A stretch of DNA of 64,000 nt from Methanothrix sp. (GTDB taxonomy: Archaea; Halobacteriota; Methanosarcinia; Methanotrichales; Methanotrichaceae): contig JAXGJB010000001.1 in the NCBI GenBank assembly GCA_040770465.1, forward strand, positions 1 through 64,000, in the 5' to 3' direction. Position 1 is the first letter of the stretch. Every line of letters begins with the position of its first letter. Positions 30,101-38,439 of the stretch are shown one piece after another. The notes under the pieces are model-generated. The model made no database searches. It saw only the letters and a program-made list of their open reading frames with translations, and was not told where the DNA came from. The position numbers and the translations under genes were made by a program.

Positions 30101-30713
30101 GTGTATCATCATTTGGCGCCACTTCTCCGAAATATATGGACCCAATCGCGTTATAGAGCTTGACATATACACCAGGAAGCTGTTGCAACAGAAATTGCAC
30201 ATTCTCCGAATCGAGGGATATTTTGACCCCCCCATCTAATCGAATCTGTATATTTTTTAATTTAATCCAGCCCTGTCCTTTGATGTCTACGACCTGTCCA
30301 CTATCAACAGAATTCGGTTTTTTTTCGATAGGTATGTATTGCCCTTTTAGGTCGTCAGAATTCGGATTTTCAAACCAGAAGATATAGCGATAATAATCTC
30401 CGTAAGTCCCATTCAGCCGAACTAAAAAAGCCTTGAGTTTCTCCATGAAATTGCCGTTAAGTTCCGGTTCTTCACCACAAAAGAGGTAACATCCCCCATT
30501 CCTATAATTGGGTCTGCTGCGCGCTCGTGATGTCCCCCGCCTCGGTAAACCCCAATAATCTGTCCACGACTTCTCAAGGCTCAAATTTGGCCCACCATCT
30601 TCGGAGAGGAGATAGCCCAACCAGACGTCCCCCTCCAAGCCGTGGCCATAAAGATAGGCACCAGAGTACTCAGCCAATTTTTGAAAAAATTCAGGATCAT
30701 TCATGCAAGACAC
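27123..30713 (-). CDS. Large hypothetical protein (1196 aa), beta-rich, first gene of the LysM operon
   Basis: Long uninterrupted ORF with a 15-bp gap to the next gene; ends GVLKLSIGDI...LGWYAMY; no recognised catalytic motif or signal peptide. Confidence 0.85.
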   Translation of the reverse strand: MSCMNDPEFFQKLAEYSGAYLYGHGLEGDVWLGYLLSEDGGPNLSLEKSWTDYWGLPRRGTSRARSRPNYRNGGCYLFCGEEPELNGNFMEKLKAFLVRLNGTYGDYYRYIFWFENPNSDDLKGQYIPIEKKPNSVDSGQVVDIKGQGWIKLKNIQIRLDGGVKISLDSENVQFLLQQLPGVYVKLYNAIGSIYFGEVAPNDDTPYVCIPLTGTAPGTLKFDASLRVDAQNNEFETVSVGLKYFYKNEDEDICSQLYPVFGLPTTNPILFRVSLDPMHPLDHVRSNFTFVGYGGILPPTFTTWFRLDLGHVVTLTPKPNESSLVFSADKTRLQDPPKPQDDTLYLTPSGDYVIGLEDPSKFHPTADRPFPQLLCGLSGLESISFHLNDIVTFCPDREAYAPAFPIKEATLDDPDPSESKPLLDKTYTTSWMKVTSPSKDEMNVYFSQPQGAPLYAKNDGADSPQSFLGHHQTPSAQLGEDTAYPIVPYASTAPHPDDEDGFSKDDIPNFEFHIISPFRRGQILFNDEAEKAGYRTTAGEDPSEPTPATTPQGLISYVRSDGSWSSLLLAKNLEKKESLQFEDLDPTLQKAFQTNQLFLVVTDPVAKWNLKSKIGADPDTDQVTFDNTISIGDWTFEINAGEKNSFNDYHNVLIFKFCEGKLADRVKNPKKWTDADKFNDASIGGPEAVSQWLQDYIADAERQDGGYFTNFIDIINNEDWKGILALKVDIDLDQFPSQLEGLLSGIDLDRFNVHHIGIEGNKIDGEAIEIKETSSMFGLIYYADPNYDGSGSQIPPTPGADYDFRVLTLKVLFENSAIKDFESLAQLTINKIFDHQVTSTGDPKKLYNAILLNGSCQQHGDETVYVLDTVDDNSFYFDSNVLHKVEITKAQFNTMGKNKINGGEGGENDDRMEVSTRFEFTGYIDFKILKEKKGEELRNFDLFSFGNDDGKDDPRKGLSFSGLGLNMTYPEDEPSKKEFTFDPSKIAFSLEKSTPRKASLFEDFALVFEGFVNGTSETKPADGGFLQVGTALKQAGPSGSWQGFKFRLNMGTPGELAGKVSLTSSLLLAWSAGSQSDSDSYNVFIGIKLPGTGGGAKLLDLQGVLKLSIGDIRLAYVKDDTGEKEAFILTLTDIALKFLGIAKIPPGGSTSFYLFGDSAAKARGCGLGWYAMYKKSKDSMMNEGTSPQAIGEGVRTI

Positions 30714-30787
30714 GTCCTTCTAATATTATTCTGATTGATACAAAATGCTGATTGAGACGATGGCGTGCTATGGGTAACTCGTCCCGG

Positions 30788-30800
30788 TTGTTTATAACGA
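30788..30800 (-). promoter_or_regulatory. Candidate archaeal TATA box for the three-gene operon
   Basis: The minus strand reads TCGTTATAAACAA about 80-90 nt upstream of the 1196-aa gene start. Confidence 0.4.
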
Positions 30801-30836
30801 GATCGAGGGCTTGGCTAAAGACCGATTTGAGAGATC

Positions 30837-31100
30837 TCAACAGCAGACGCAATCGAAGACCTCCGATTCGACCCAGGTTTGGTCGTATGCCAGCTCAACA
30901 TCTGAGTATCCACCGATACAACAGTCGAGCCAGTTCATCTTATTTACTTTCTTCGAATAGTTAGACTCCATCCCTATCTTTCTGGTTATGTCGTAAGTCC
31001 CGAGATACCTCTCCTCACCGTAGTTGACCTCGGCTCCGTCGGTCCCAGGTCTGCAGATATCTGAAATCGGCGATGTCTGTGGAATGGGATTGGACCTCAT
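30837..31100 (-). pseudogene. Probable C-terminal fragment of a Cys-tailed secreted-protein family gene
   Basis: 87 aa, no signal peptide; EERYLGTYDITRKI...WLDCCIGGY...VFDCVCC recalls C-termini of Methanothrix secreted proteins (from memory, unverified). Confidence 0.4.
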
Positions 31101-32284
31101 AACCCGGCAACGTGTATGAATGCATCTGCATAATCGTCATCTGTCTCAGCTCTCATCTGTATCTTGAACTTGCCGTCATCGTTATCGTCAGGAGTTTTAT
31201 CGTCGTTTGCGTTTGCTTCGCAGCTAAATTCGCCATCGAGGACCCCATCTAGGTTAGCCTCAGTGGAGCTTCCCATTGAGGCGGTTGTCATGCCCTGGAA
31301 TTCCGTTTTTGTGTTACCTGTTGCGGGATTGGCATATAACGATACACTGCTATGTTCTTCGTCGCGAACGAATCCGGGAACGCCGGGATGAAATTCCTTC
31401 GACTCGCTCTGTATATCAACCACGCCTCCTTCGGCTACCAAATTCTGCCAAGTGGCGGACCCATCGCCATCAGTTCTGACACAGGATTCGGAATTCAGAT
31501 ATCCATCAGACACATGGCTATAGGCCTGGATGTAATCATCACCTGGCTGCCAATCCGTTCTGGGATCATAATAAAATCCATCAGTCTCGCTCCCCACATC
31601 GCTACCCTGAGCGTAAGACTTTTGGCATGCTTCTGCGCCCTCTCCATCTGCATGTCCTTTCCCAGAGAACAGAATTTCACCATCGAAAACCCAGTTGTAA
31701 GTAGTGGCTGAATATCCCACCGGGTTGTATGTCAAAGTCTCCAAGTAAGTTTCGGAGCCTGCCGACTCTGTATCCTGGGTTACTTCTGCGCTGTTCCTCG
31801 TACTGGCAATCATACGGCTCTCGGTTCTGCCGTCGAACGCCTCCACTTCAGTTGAGGCCCAGTTTCCATCTGGATCGGTAGCCTCAATGTTGAGAAGGCC
31901 ATATTCACCTTCAAAAATCGCGTTCTGAGATGCTTGGAAGCTATCGGAATTTAAGTTTGCATTGCTGGTCATTTGGATCGAGGCATTGTCCGTCTCAAAA
32001 CAGCTCCGACCAATATAACCGCCGCTCCCCGTATATCTCTGGACTGCGGTGACTCCTCCATGACCTGTTATGATCCTGGAGTCTTTCATACCAAGATCAT
32101 TGAAGCTCGCTGAAGCTTTTCCGCTTACTTCGACACTGTCATCAACCTGGTAGGAGTCCCAGATGCTGACGGAGTTTCCTCCACCATCGCTCGCTGAAAA
32201 GCATATATCAATAGCATTGGCACTATGGGCCATGAGAATGAACGCTATTAACGCTATTAATACTAATCCAGATTTATACTTCAT
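31097..32284 (-). CDS. Secreted hypothetical protein, acidic and beta-rich
   Basis: Signal peptide MKYKSGLVLIALIAFILMAHSANA; GAGAGGA SD; BRE/TATA-like AAAAGATTTATTAA upstream; loose internal repeats. Confidence 0.8.
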   Translation of the reverse strand: MKYKSGLVLIALIAFILMAHSANAIDICFSASDGGGNSVSIWDSYQVDDSVEVSGKASASFNDLGMKDSRIITGHGGVTAVQRYTGSGGYIGRSCFETDNASIQMTSNANLNSDSFQASQNAIFEGEYGLLNIEATDPDGNWASTEVEAFDGRTESRMIASTRNSAEVTQDTESAGSETYLETLTYNPVGYSATTYNWVFDGEILFSGKGHADGEGAEACQKSYAQGSDVGSETDGFYYDPRTDWQPGDDYIQAYSHVSDGYLNSESCVRTDGDGSATWQNLVAEGGVVDIQSESKEFHPGVPGFVRDEEHSSVSLYANPATGNTKTEFQGMTTASMGSSTEANLDGVLDGEFSCEANANDDKTPDDNDDGKFKIQMRAETDDDYADAFIHVAGL

Positions 32285-32355
32285 TGATCATCCTCTCATA
32301 TCTGAAGTTTGTTGGAGAATGATCATTAATAAATCTTTTGGATATCGGCTAAACA

Positions 32356-32470
32356 TGTAGAGTCCTGACACTTATCTCGCACCCCATCTAAGCCTGGAAT
32401 CATATTCCGGGATATGAAACTGAACAAGACGAAGATTCGTTGGATCATTCGTCAGAACCGCAATGAGGCA
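32356..32470 (+). mobile_element. IS481-family-like left end and truncated transposase start
   Basis: TGTAGAGTCCTGACACTTATCTCGCACCC (5'-TGT end), then ATG 32414 encoding MKLNKTKIRWIIRQNR, resembling N-termini of methanogen IS481-type transposases. Similarity ends after ~16 codons; no right end seen. Confidence 0.55.
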
Positions 32471-32975
32471 GCGATCTCGGTAGCAAGTCCGGTGAGATTG
32501 GCTTGGTCAAAGAGGCTATAGTAAGTCAATCTTGATATCTGATCAGATCTAGGTAATGCGCGATTTGTGTGAAAAATGGTGAGATTATGTAGCTTAAGCT
32601 CCTTAGCCGATGACCGATGGAATCTCTTGGAAAAATACGATATTAGACCGATATTAGACCGATTTTAGCCAGAGTTAAGCATCTATATCTTCTATTTTTA
32701 TTTTATATTTACTGTGGCGACAAAATAAAGAAAAAGCTAGCAAGCCAATAATTCAAGGGGATCGGACGAGAGCCTCTAAACTTTTCGCCTCAATTCGCGT
32801 AAGGCGAGATTCCGCTCTCGGGCTTACATTTTGGCCACCATCCTTAGAGAGTGCACGCCACGTCTTTCCGTCCAGCATCTCGCAGACGACGACGGCCGGG
32901 GCGACCTTTGCGACCCGCCACCGGTCCTCCTTCGGTCCTCCTTCGGTTCATTCGCCCTTCTGTCATCCGTTCCCG

Positions 32976-33410
32976 TCATTCCAACGCCGCCTCCACCTCG
33001 TAGCCGTCCGATAGGCCCAGGGCCTCCCGCAGGTTGACGGGCGCGATCAGCTCCAGAAGGGTCGCAGGGTAGCTCGTCCGCTCGGGCCTGATTATGGCCC
33101 CCCGTATCCCGCAGATTCTGACGGGGCGGCAGATGCAGGCGCCGAAGGCTCTCCCCTCGGCAATGAAGCCCTCGATCCTGATCGAATCGGGGTCGGAGTC
33201 GTCGAGGGCGAAGGGCTCGTCCAACAGCAGGTTCAAGGTTCCTGGGAAGGGGAGAAAGCCGAGCTTCTCGGAGAACTGGCTCGAGTAGCCCTTCATGGAC
33301 GTGTAGTTCCGACCCTCTCCAAGGCCAGACGCGACCTTGCCGGTGATCCTCGCCGACTTTGGATCCTCGAAGGTCTGCTGGCAGTCTACCGGCTCAGCAT
33401 CCTGCCTCAT
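32976..33410 (-). CDS. ribK: CTP-dependent riboflavin kinase (DUF120)
   Basis: GKVASGLGEG, LGFLPFPGTLN, IIRPERT, LELIAPVNLRE; start ATG 33410 or further upstream. Confidence 0.9.
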   Translation of the reverse strand: MRQDAEPVDCQQTFEDPKSARITGKVASGLGEGRNYTSMKGYSSQFSEKLGFLPFPGTLNLLLDEPFALDDSDPDSIRIEGFIAEGRAFGACICRPVRICGIRGAIIRPERTSYPATLLELIAPVNLREALGLSDGYEVEAALE

Positions 33411-33778
33411 AACCCCATCCTCAGCGATCCTCGCCCTCTTTCCCTCGTTGGAGACCAAAAAACCCCTCCTCAAATTTTAGATGATGGCCTGATAGTGCGG
33501 GAGTTTATATAACGTTTCTTGCCTCGAAGCAAGGCCTTGGAGGAGCCAGAATCGACATGGAATGAAGAAAATTAAGCTTATGAGAGATGGAATCAAAACT
33601 TCAGTCCTCTGGCATTGAGCAGCCCAGCGGAAGAGCTACGAGGGTTCGACATCTGAAGCTGTGAAATATATACAGAAACTATGATCGTTCTAGGCCAAGC
33701 CCGATCATGTCTGGACTCCCGGAGCATAGAAACATTTTTCGTGGATGGTGACAGTATCTTTCCCGAGAGGGTGAGGAG

Positions 33779-35887
33779 ATGAGACTGATTTTATGCGTGA
33801 TGGCGCTGGCGATGCTGGTGATGCCCGCATGTGGGCAGGAGACAGCAGAGGAGTGGGTGGAAGAAGGCATTGCTCTTGGGAAGGGGGGCAATTACACCGA
33901 GGCTATCCAGGCGTTTGACGAAGCCATCAGGCTCGACCCGGCGAATGCTGAGGCCTGGTTTGGCAAAGGCACCGCTCTTGGATCTCAAGGCAATTACACC
34001 GAGGCCATCCAGTGCTATGATGAAGCCATACGCCTAGATCCTGAATATGCCGAAGCCTGGTATAACAAAGGCCTGTCTCTCTATTATCAGGGCAATCACA
34101 CCGAGGCGATCCAGGCCTTTGATGAAGCTATCAGGCTCAATCCTAAGGATGCCGAGGCGTGGAATGGCAAAGGCCTTGCTCTCGATGGTCTGGGCAACTA
34201 CACCAAGGCGATTCAGACATACGATGAAGCTATCAGGCTCGATCCTGAATATGCCGAGGCCTGGAATAACAAAGGCGTGGCTCTCTATAATCAAGACAAG
34301 TACGAAGAAGCGATCCGGGCCTATGACGAAGCCATCAGGCTCGATCCGGAATGTGCCGAGGCCTGGAATAACAAAGGCAATGCTCTCAGTAAGCAGGGTA
34401 ACCACACTGAGGTCATCCAGTGCTATGATGAAGCCATACGCCTAGATCCTGAATATGCCGAAGCCTGGTATAACAAAGGCCTGTCTCTCTATTATCAGGG
34501 CAATCACACCGAGGCGATCCAGGCCTTTGATGAAGCTATCAGGCTCAATCCTAAGGATGCCGAGGCGTGGAATGGCAAAGGCCTTGCTCTCGATGATCTA
34601 GGCAAGTACGACGAGGCTATCCAGGCTTACGACGAAGCCATCAGGCTCGATCCTGAGTTTGCCATGGCCTGGAATAACAAAGGCGTGGCTCTCTATAATC
34701 AAGACAAGTACGAAGAAGCGATCCGGGCCTATGACGAAGCAATTCGTCTCGATCCTGAGTTTGCATGGCCCTGGAATAATAAAGGCACAGCTCTAGGAAT
34801 GATGGGTAAGTACGACGAGGCGATCCAGGCCTTTGATGAAGCTATCAGGCTCAATCCTAAGGATGCCGAGGCGTGGAATGGCAAAGGCCTTGCTCTCGAT
34901 GATCTAGGCAAGTATGACGAGGCTATCCAGGCTTACGACGAAGCCATCAGGCTCGATCCTGAGTTTGCCATGGCCTGGAATAACAAAGGCGTGGCTCTCT
35001 ACAACCAGGGCAATTACACCGAGGCCATCCAGTGCTATGACGAGGCCATCCGTCTCGATCCTGAATATGCCCTAGCCTGGAATAACAAAGGCCTTGCTCT
35101 TGGATCTCAAGGCAATTACAGCGATGCTATCCAGGCGTTTGACGAAGCCATCCGTCTCGATCCCGAGGATGCCATGGCCTGGTATGGCAAAGGCGAGGCT
35201 CTCGATGACCTAGGCAATTACACCGAGGCCATCCAGTGCTATGATGAAGCCATCCGTCTCGATCCTGAGTTTGCATGGTCCTGGAATAACAAAGGCTGGG
35301 CTCTCTACAACCAGGGCAATTACACCGAGGCCATCCAGTGCTATGACGAGGCCATCCGTCTCGATCCCGAGGATGCCATGCCCTGGTACGGCAAAGGCAT
35401 TGCTCTCGATGACCTAGGCAATTACACCGAGGCCATCCAGTGCTATGATGAAGCCATCCGTCTCGATCCTGAGTTTGCATGGTACTGGAATAACAAAGGC
35501 TGGGCTCTCTACAACCAGGGCAATTACACCGAGGCCATCCAGTGCTATGACGAGGCCATCCGTCTCGATCCCGAGGATGCCATGGCCTGGAATAACAAAG
35601 GCTTGGCTCTCTACAACCAGGGCAACTACACCGAGGCGATCCACTGCTATGACGAAGCCATCCGTCTCGATCCTGAGTTTGCATGGCCCTGGAATAACAA
35701 AGGCCTTGCTCTTGGATCTCAAGGCAATTACAGCGATGCTATCCAGGCGTTTGACGAAGCCATCCGTCTCGATCCCGAAGATGCCATGGCCTGGTATAGC
35801 AAAGGCCTTGCTCTCGAATATCTTGGCAAGACATCCGAGGCAAACGAAGCTTACACCAAGGCTGAAGAACTTGGATTCGCGGTATAA
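33779..35887 (+). CDS. Secreted tetratricopeptide repeat protein, 20 TPR units
   Basis: Signal peptide followed by 20 consecutive 34-aa repeats A.AW.NKG.AL...G.Y.EAIQ.YDEAIRLDP; GAGGGTGAGGAG SD. Confidence 0.95.
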   Translation: MRLILCVMALAMLVMPACGQETAEEWVEEGIALGKGGNYTEAIQAFDEAIRLDPANAEAWFGKGTALGSQGNYTEAIQCYDEAIRLDPEYAEAWYNKGLSLYYQGNHTEAIQAFDEAIRLNPKDAEAWNGKGLALDGLGNYTKAIQTYDEAIRLDPEYAEAWNNKGVALYNQDKYEEAIRAYDEAIRLDPECAEAWNNKGNALSKQGNHTEVIQCYDEAIRLDPEYAEAWYNKGLSLYYQGNHTEAIQAFDEAIRLNPKDAEAWNGKGLALDDLGKYDEAIQAYDEAIRLDPEFAMAWNNKGVALYNQDKYEEAIRAYDEAIRLDPEFAWPWNNKGTALGMMGKYDEAIQAFDEAIRLNPKDAEAWNGKGLALDDLGKYDEAIQAYDEAIRLDPEFAMAWNNKGVALYNQGNYTEAIQCYDEAIRLDPEYALAWNNKGLALGSQGNYSDAIQAFDEAIRLDPEDAMAWYGKGEALDDLGNYTEAIQCYDEAIRLDPEFAWSWNNKGWALYNQGNYTEAIQCYDEAIRLDPEDAMPWYGKGIALDDLGNYTEAIQCYDEAIRLDPEFAWYWNNKGWALYNQGNYTEAIQCYDEAIRLDPEDAMAWNNKGLALYNQGNYTEAIHCYDEAIRLDPEFAWPWNNKGLALGSQGNYSDAIQAFDEAIRLDPEDAMAWYSKGLALEYLGKTSEANEAYTKAEELGFAV
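33850..35850. repeat. Intragenic 102-bp tandem repeat array (TPR coding)
   Basis: Near-identical DNA blocks recur, e.g. ~34005-34185 and ~34413-34593, and ~34510-34695 and ~34816-35000. Confidence 0.9.
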
Positions 35888-36092
35888 AGGATGTATACAG
35901 CCAGGTGCGGGGGTGAGTTCCCCCACACCAAAGGTTACCGGTATCTGCCGCAGAAGAATCTGGCAAACGACGAGGTGGGGGCTGGCAGATAGATGAAGCG
36001 AATCGGATTTCGCGTATGGGGGGGCTCTGGGCCTTCGCGGCCAGCCCGGCGAAAAAAATTGATGGTTTTTAGGAGCACTCTTCCGCGGCTCT

Positions 36093-37313
36093 TCAGGCGT
36101 ACTGCCCGAAGGCCACCTCTGAGACCTCTTTCGTCGTCTCGGAGTGAGATCCGGCGATCTTGACCCGAGCCTGCTCGAAGTCCCGGTGGAAGACGACGTC
36201 CCTCTCTTCGCGGATCGCGAACATCCCAGCCTCCGTCGCCAGGGCCTTCAGGTCTGCGCCGCTGGCGCCCTCGGCGGCGTCGGCGATCTGCTTCAGGTTC
36301 ACGTCGGGATGGAGGTTCATGCATCCCGTATGAATCGACAGAATCGAATACCTGCTCTCCCTGTTCGGAAGCGGGACGTATATCAGCCGGTCGAACCGCC
36401 CTGGCCGCAGGAGGGCGGGATCGAGCATGTCGAGCCTGTTGGTGGCGGCGATCAGCTTCACCTCGCCCCGGGGGTCGAAGCCGTCCATCTCCGCCAGAAG
36501 CTGCATCAGAGTCCTCTGAACCTCGCGGTCGCCGCTTGTCGCCCCGTCCATCCTCCGAGACCCGATGGCGTCCAGCTCGTCGACGAATATGATCGCTGGC
36601 GCCTTGTTCTGGGCGAGCTCGAATAGCTCCCTCACCATCCTCGCCCCCTCGCCGATGTACTTCTGGACGAGCTCGCTTCCCACCACCCTTAGGAACGTCG
36701 CCTCGGTGCTGCAGGCGACGGCCTTCGCGAGGAGGGTCTTTCCCGTCCCTGGAGGCCCGTAGAGGAGGACCCCCTTCGGCGGCTCGATGCCGACCTTGAC
36801 GAAGAGGTCGGGCCTCTTCATCGGCAGCTCCACGATCTCCCTGATCTCCGAGATCTGGTCGTCAAGCCCCCCGATCATGCCGAATTCGACGTCGGGAGCG
36901 TCCTCGATCTCCATCCCGAAGACGGCGGGGTCGTGGGAAGATGGGAGGACGAACATCACCGAGAAGGACTGCTGGTTGAGGGCGACCCTGGTTCCGGGCC
37001 GCAGATCGCCCTCGATGAACTGGGATACGTTGACGACGAACCTCGGCCCTGTGCTGCTCTTGACCACCACCCGATTGTCGTCGAGGACGTCCTGGATGGT
37101 GCCCACTATCAGGGGACCGGTCCTGAGCCGCTCAAGCTCGCTCCGAAGCTTTCTCACCTCGCGTTCGAACTTGAGCTTCTGGTTCTCCATGACCCGCCTT
37201 TCACCCTCGGCCCGATCCTTCTGCTCTCGAAGGGCGAGGTTTCTCTCTTCGAGCTGTCGCATCCTGTCCATCAGGTAGCGCGAAAAATCAGCGCCGACTC
37301 GCGATTCGTCCAT
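36093..37313 (-). CDS. pan: Proteasome-activating nucleotidase
   Basis: N-terminal coiled coil, [41 protein letters not shown]; C-terminal HbYX-like QYA. Confidence 0.96.
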   Translation of the reverse strand: MDESRVGADFSRYLMDRMRQLEERNLALREQKDRAEGERRVMENQKLKFEREVRKLRSELERLRTGPLIVGTIQDVLDDNRVVVKSSTGPRFVVNVSQFIEGDLRPGTRVALNQQSFSVMFVLPSSHDPAVFGMEIEDAPDVEFGMIGGLDDQISEIREIVELPMKRPDLFVKVGIEPPKGVLLYGPPGTGKTLLAKAVACSTEATFLRVVGSELVQKYIGEGARMVRELFELAQNKAPAIIFVDELDAIGSRRMDGATSGDREVQRTLMQLLAEMDGFDPRGEVKLIAATNRLDMLDPALLRPGRFDRLIYVPLPNRESRYSILSIHTGCMNLHPDVNLKQIADAAEGASGADLKALATEAGMFAIREERDVVFHRDFEQARVKIAGSHSETTKEVSEVAFGQYA

Positions 37314-37372
37314 GGGATCTCCAAAGCGTATTTAACGTTGACTGATATTAAACTTTTCCGAGTTGAGCGAAT

Positions 37373-37858
37373 ATGCAGTGTGAGATATGCGGTGCAGAGC
37401 TCTCCGGCAAGCCAAGAAAAGTGGTGATCGACGGATCTGAACTGCAGGTCTGCAACAACTGCGCCCGGTTTGGCGAGGTCGCAGACAAGTTTTCACCAGT
37501 GCCGAGGAAGGTCATTCCCCAGGAGCGGGCCTTCAGGGCGCCGCCGAGGCCCCGGCCCCGTCGCGACGAGTTCAGGGAGATGCCGGAGATCGTCCCCGAA
37601 TACGGCAGGATCGTCAAAGAGGCCCGGGAGGCGATGGACCTCACCCCCGAGGAGCTGGGGGTGAAGATAAAGGAGAAGGCCTCCCTCATCAGGAAGATTG
37701 AACGGCACGAGATCGTCCCCGAGGACTCGGTGAGGATCAAGCTCGAGCGGGAGCTGAACGTCAAGCTCACCGATAAACTGAGCGACGAGGAATGGAAATC
37801 GGGGAGAGGCGGCAGGGGCCTGACCCTCGGCGACATCGCCTCCATCAAGAAGAGATGA
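37373..37858 (+). CDS. Multiprotein bridging factor aMBF1
   Basis: CEICG...CNNC zinc ribbon, HTH, TLGDIASIK terminus; divergent from pan. Confidence 0.92.
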   Translation: MQCEICGAELSGKPRKVVIDGSELQVCNNCARFGEVADKFSPVPRKVIPQERAFRAPPRPRPRRDEFREMPEIVPEYGRIVKEAREAMDLTPEELGVKIKEKASLIRKIERHEIVPEDSVRIKLERELNVKLTDKLSDEEWKSGRGGRGLTLGDIASIKKR

Positions 37859-38439
37859 CGCCAAAAACCGCGGCCGAGGCGGCGAAGGTCCTGGCAGCTG
37901 GAGGGACGGTCGTCTACCCGACGGAGACCGTCTACGGGATCGGGGCCTCGGCGTTCATCCCCGAGGCGGTGGAGCGGGTCTTCGAGATCAAAGGCAGAAG
38001 CCGCGAGATGCCCCTCTCGGTGGCCGTCGCGAGCTTTGAGATGATCGGGCTCGTAGCCTCTGTCGGCGAAGAGGAGATTCGCCTTCTTCGGAAGGTGCTT
38101 CCCGGACCGGTGACGGTCCTCGTCAAAAAGAGCCCGGACCTCCCCGACCTCGTAACGGCGGGGTCGCCTCTTGTGGGGATCAGGTTTCCGGATCACCCCA
38201 TGGCCCTGGAGCTGATCGGGATGGCCGGTCCCATCACCTCGACCTCCGCGAACCTGTCGGGACGGCCGCCGCCGGCGAGCATTGATGAGCTGGACCCGAA
38301 GATCGCCGGCATGGTCGACCTCGTCCTAGACGGGGGACGATCCCGGTTCGCTAGCCCCTCGACCCTCATCGACCTGGGCGGAAGAAAGGTGATCAGGGAG
38401 GGGGCGGGAATCGACAGTGTTCGGGAGGTTTTAGGATGA
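37855..38439 (+). CDS. L-threonylcarbamoyladenylate synthase (Sua5/YrdC)
   Basis: YPTETVYG, IKGR, PGPVT, VGIRFP, TSTSANLSG; ATG 37855 overlaps the upstream stop (ATGA). Confidence 0.92.
   Translation: MTPKTAAEAAKVLAAGGTVVYPTETVYGIGASAFIPEAVERVFEIKGRSREMPLSVAVASFEMIGLVASVGEEEIRLLRKVLPGPVTVLVKKSPDLPDLVTAGSPLVGIRFPDHPMALELIGMAGPITSTSANLSGRPPPASIDELDPKIAGMVDLVLDGGRSRFASPSTLIDLGGRKVIREGAGIDSVREVLG

Noticed and set aside
15577-30713. Extracellular contractile injection system or prophage tail (LysM occurs in these)
   Set aside because: No recognisable sheath, tube, baseplate, spike, terminase or capsid genes, and the protein sizes do not fit.
33850-35850. Regular repeats as a CRISPR array or DGR target
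   Set aside because: The period is 102 bp, in frame and protein-coding, with no unique spacers. There are no cas genes, reverse transcriptase or template repeat in the window.
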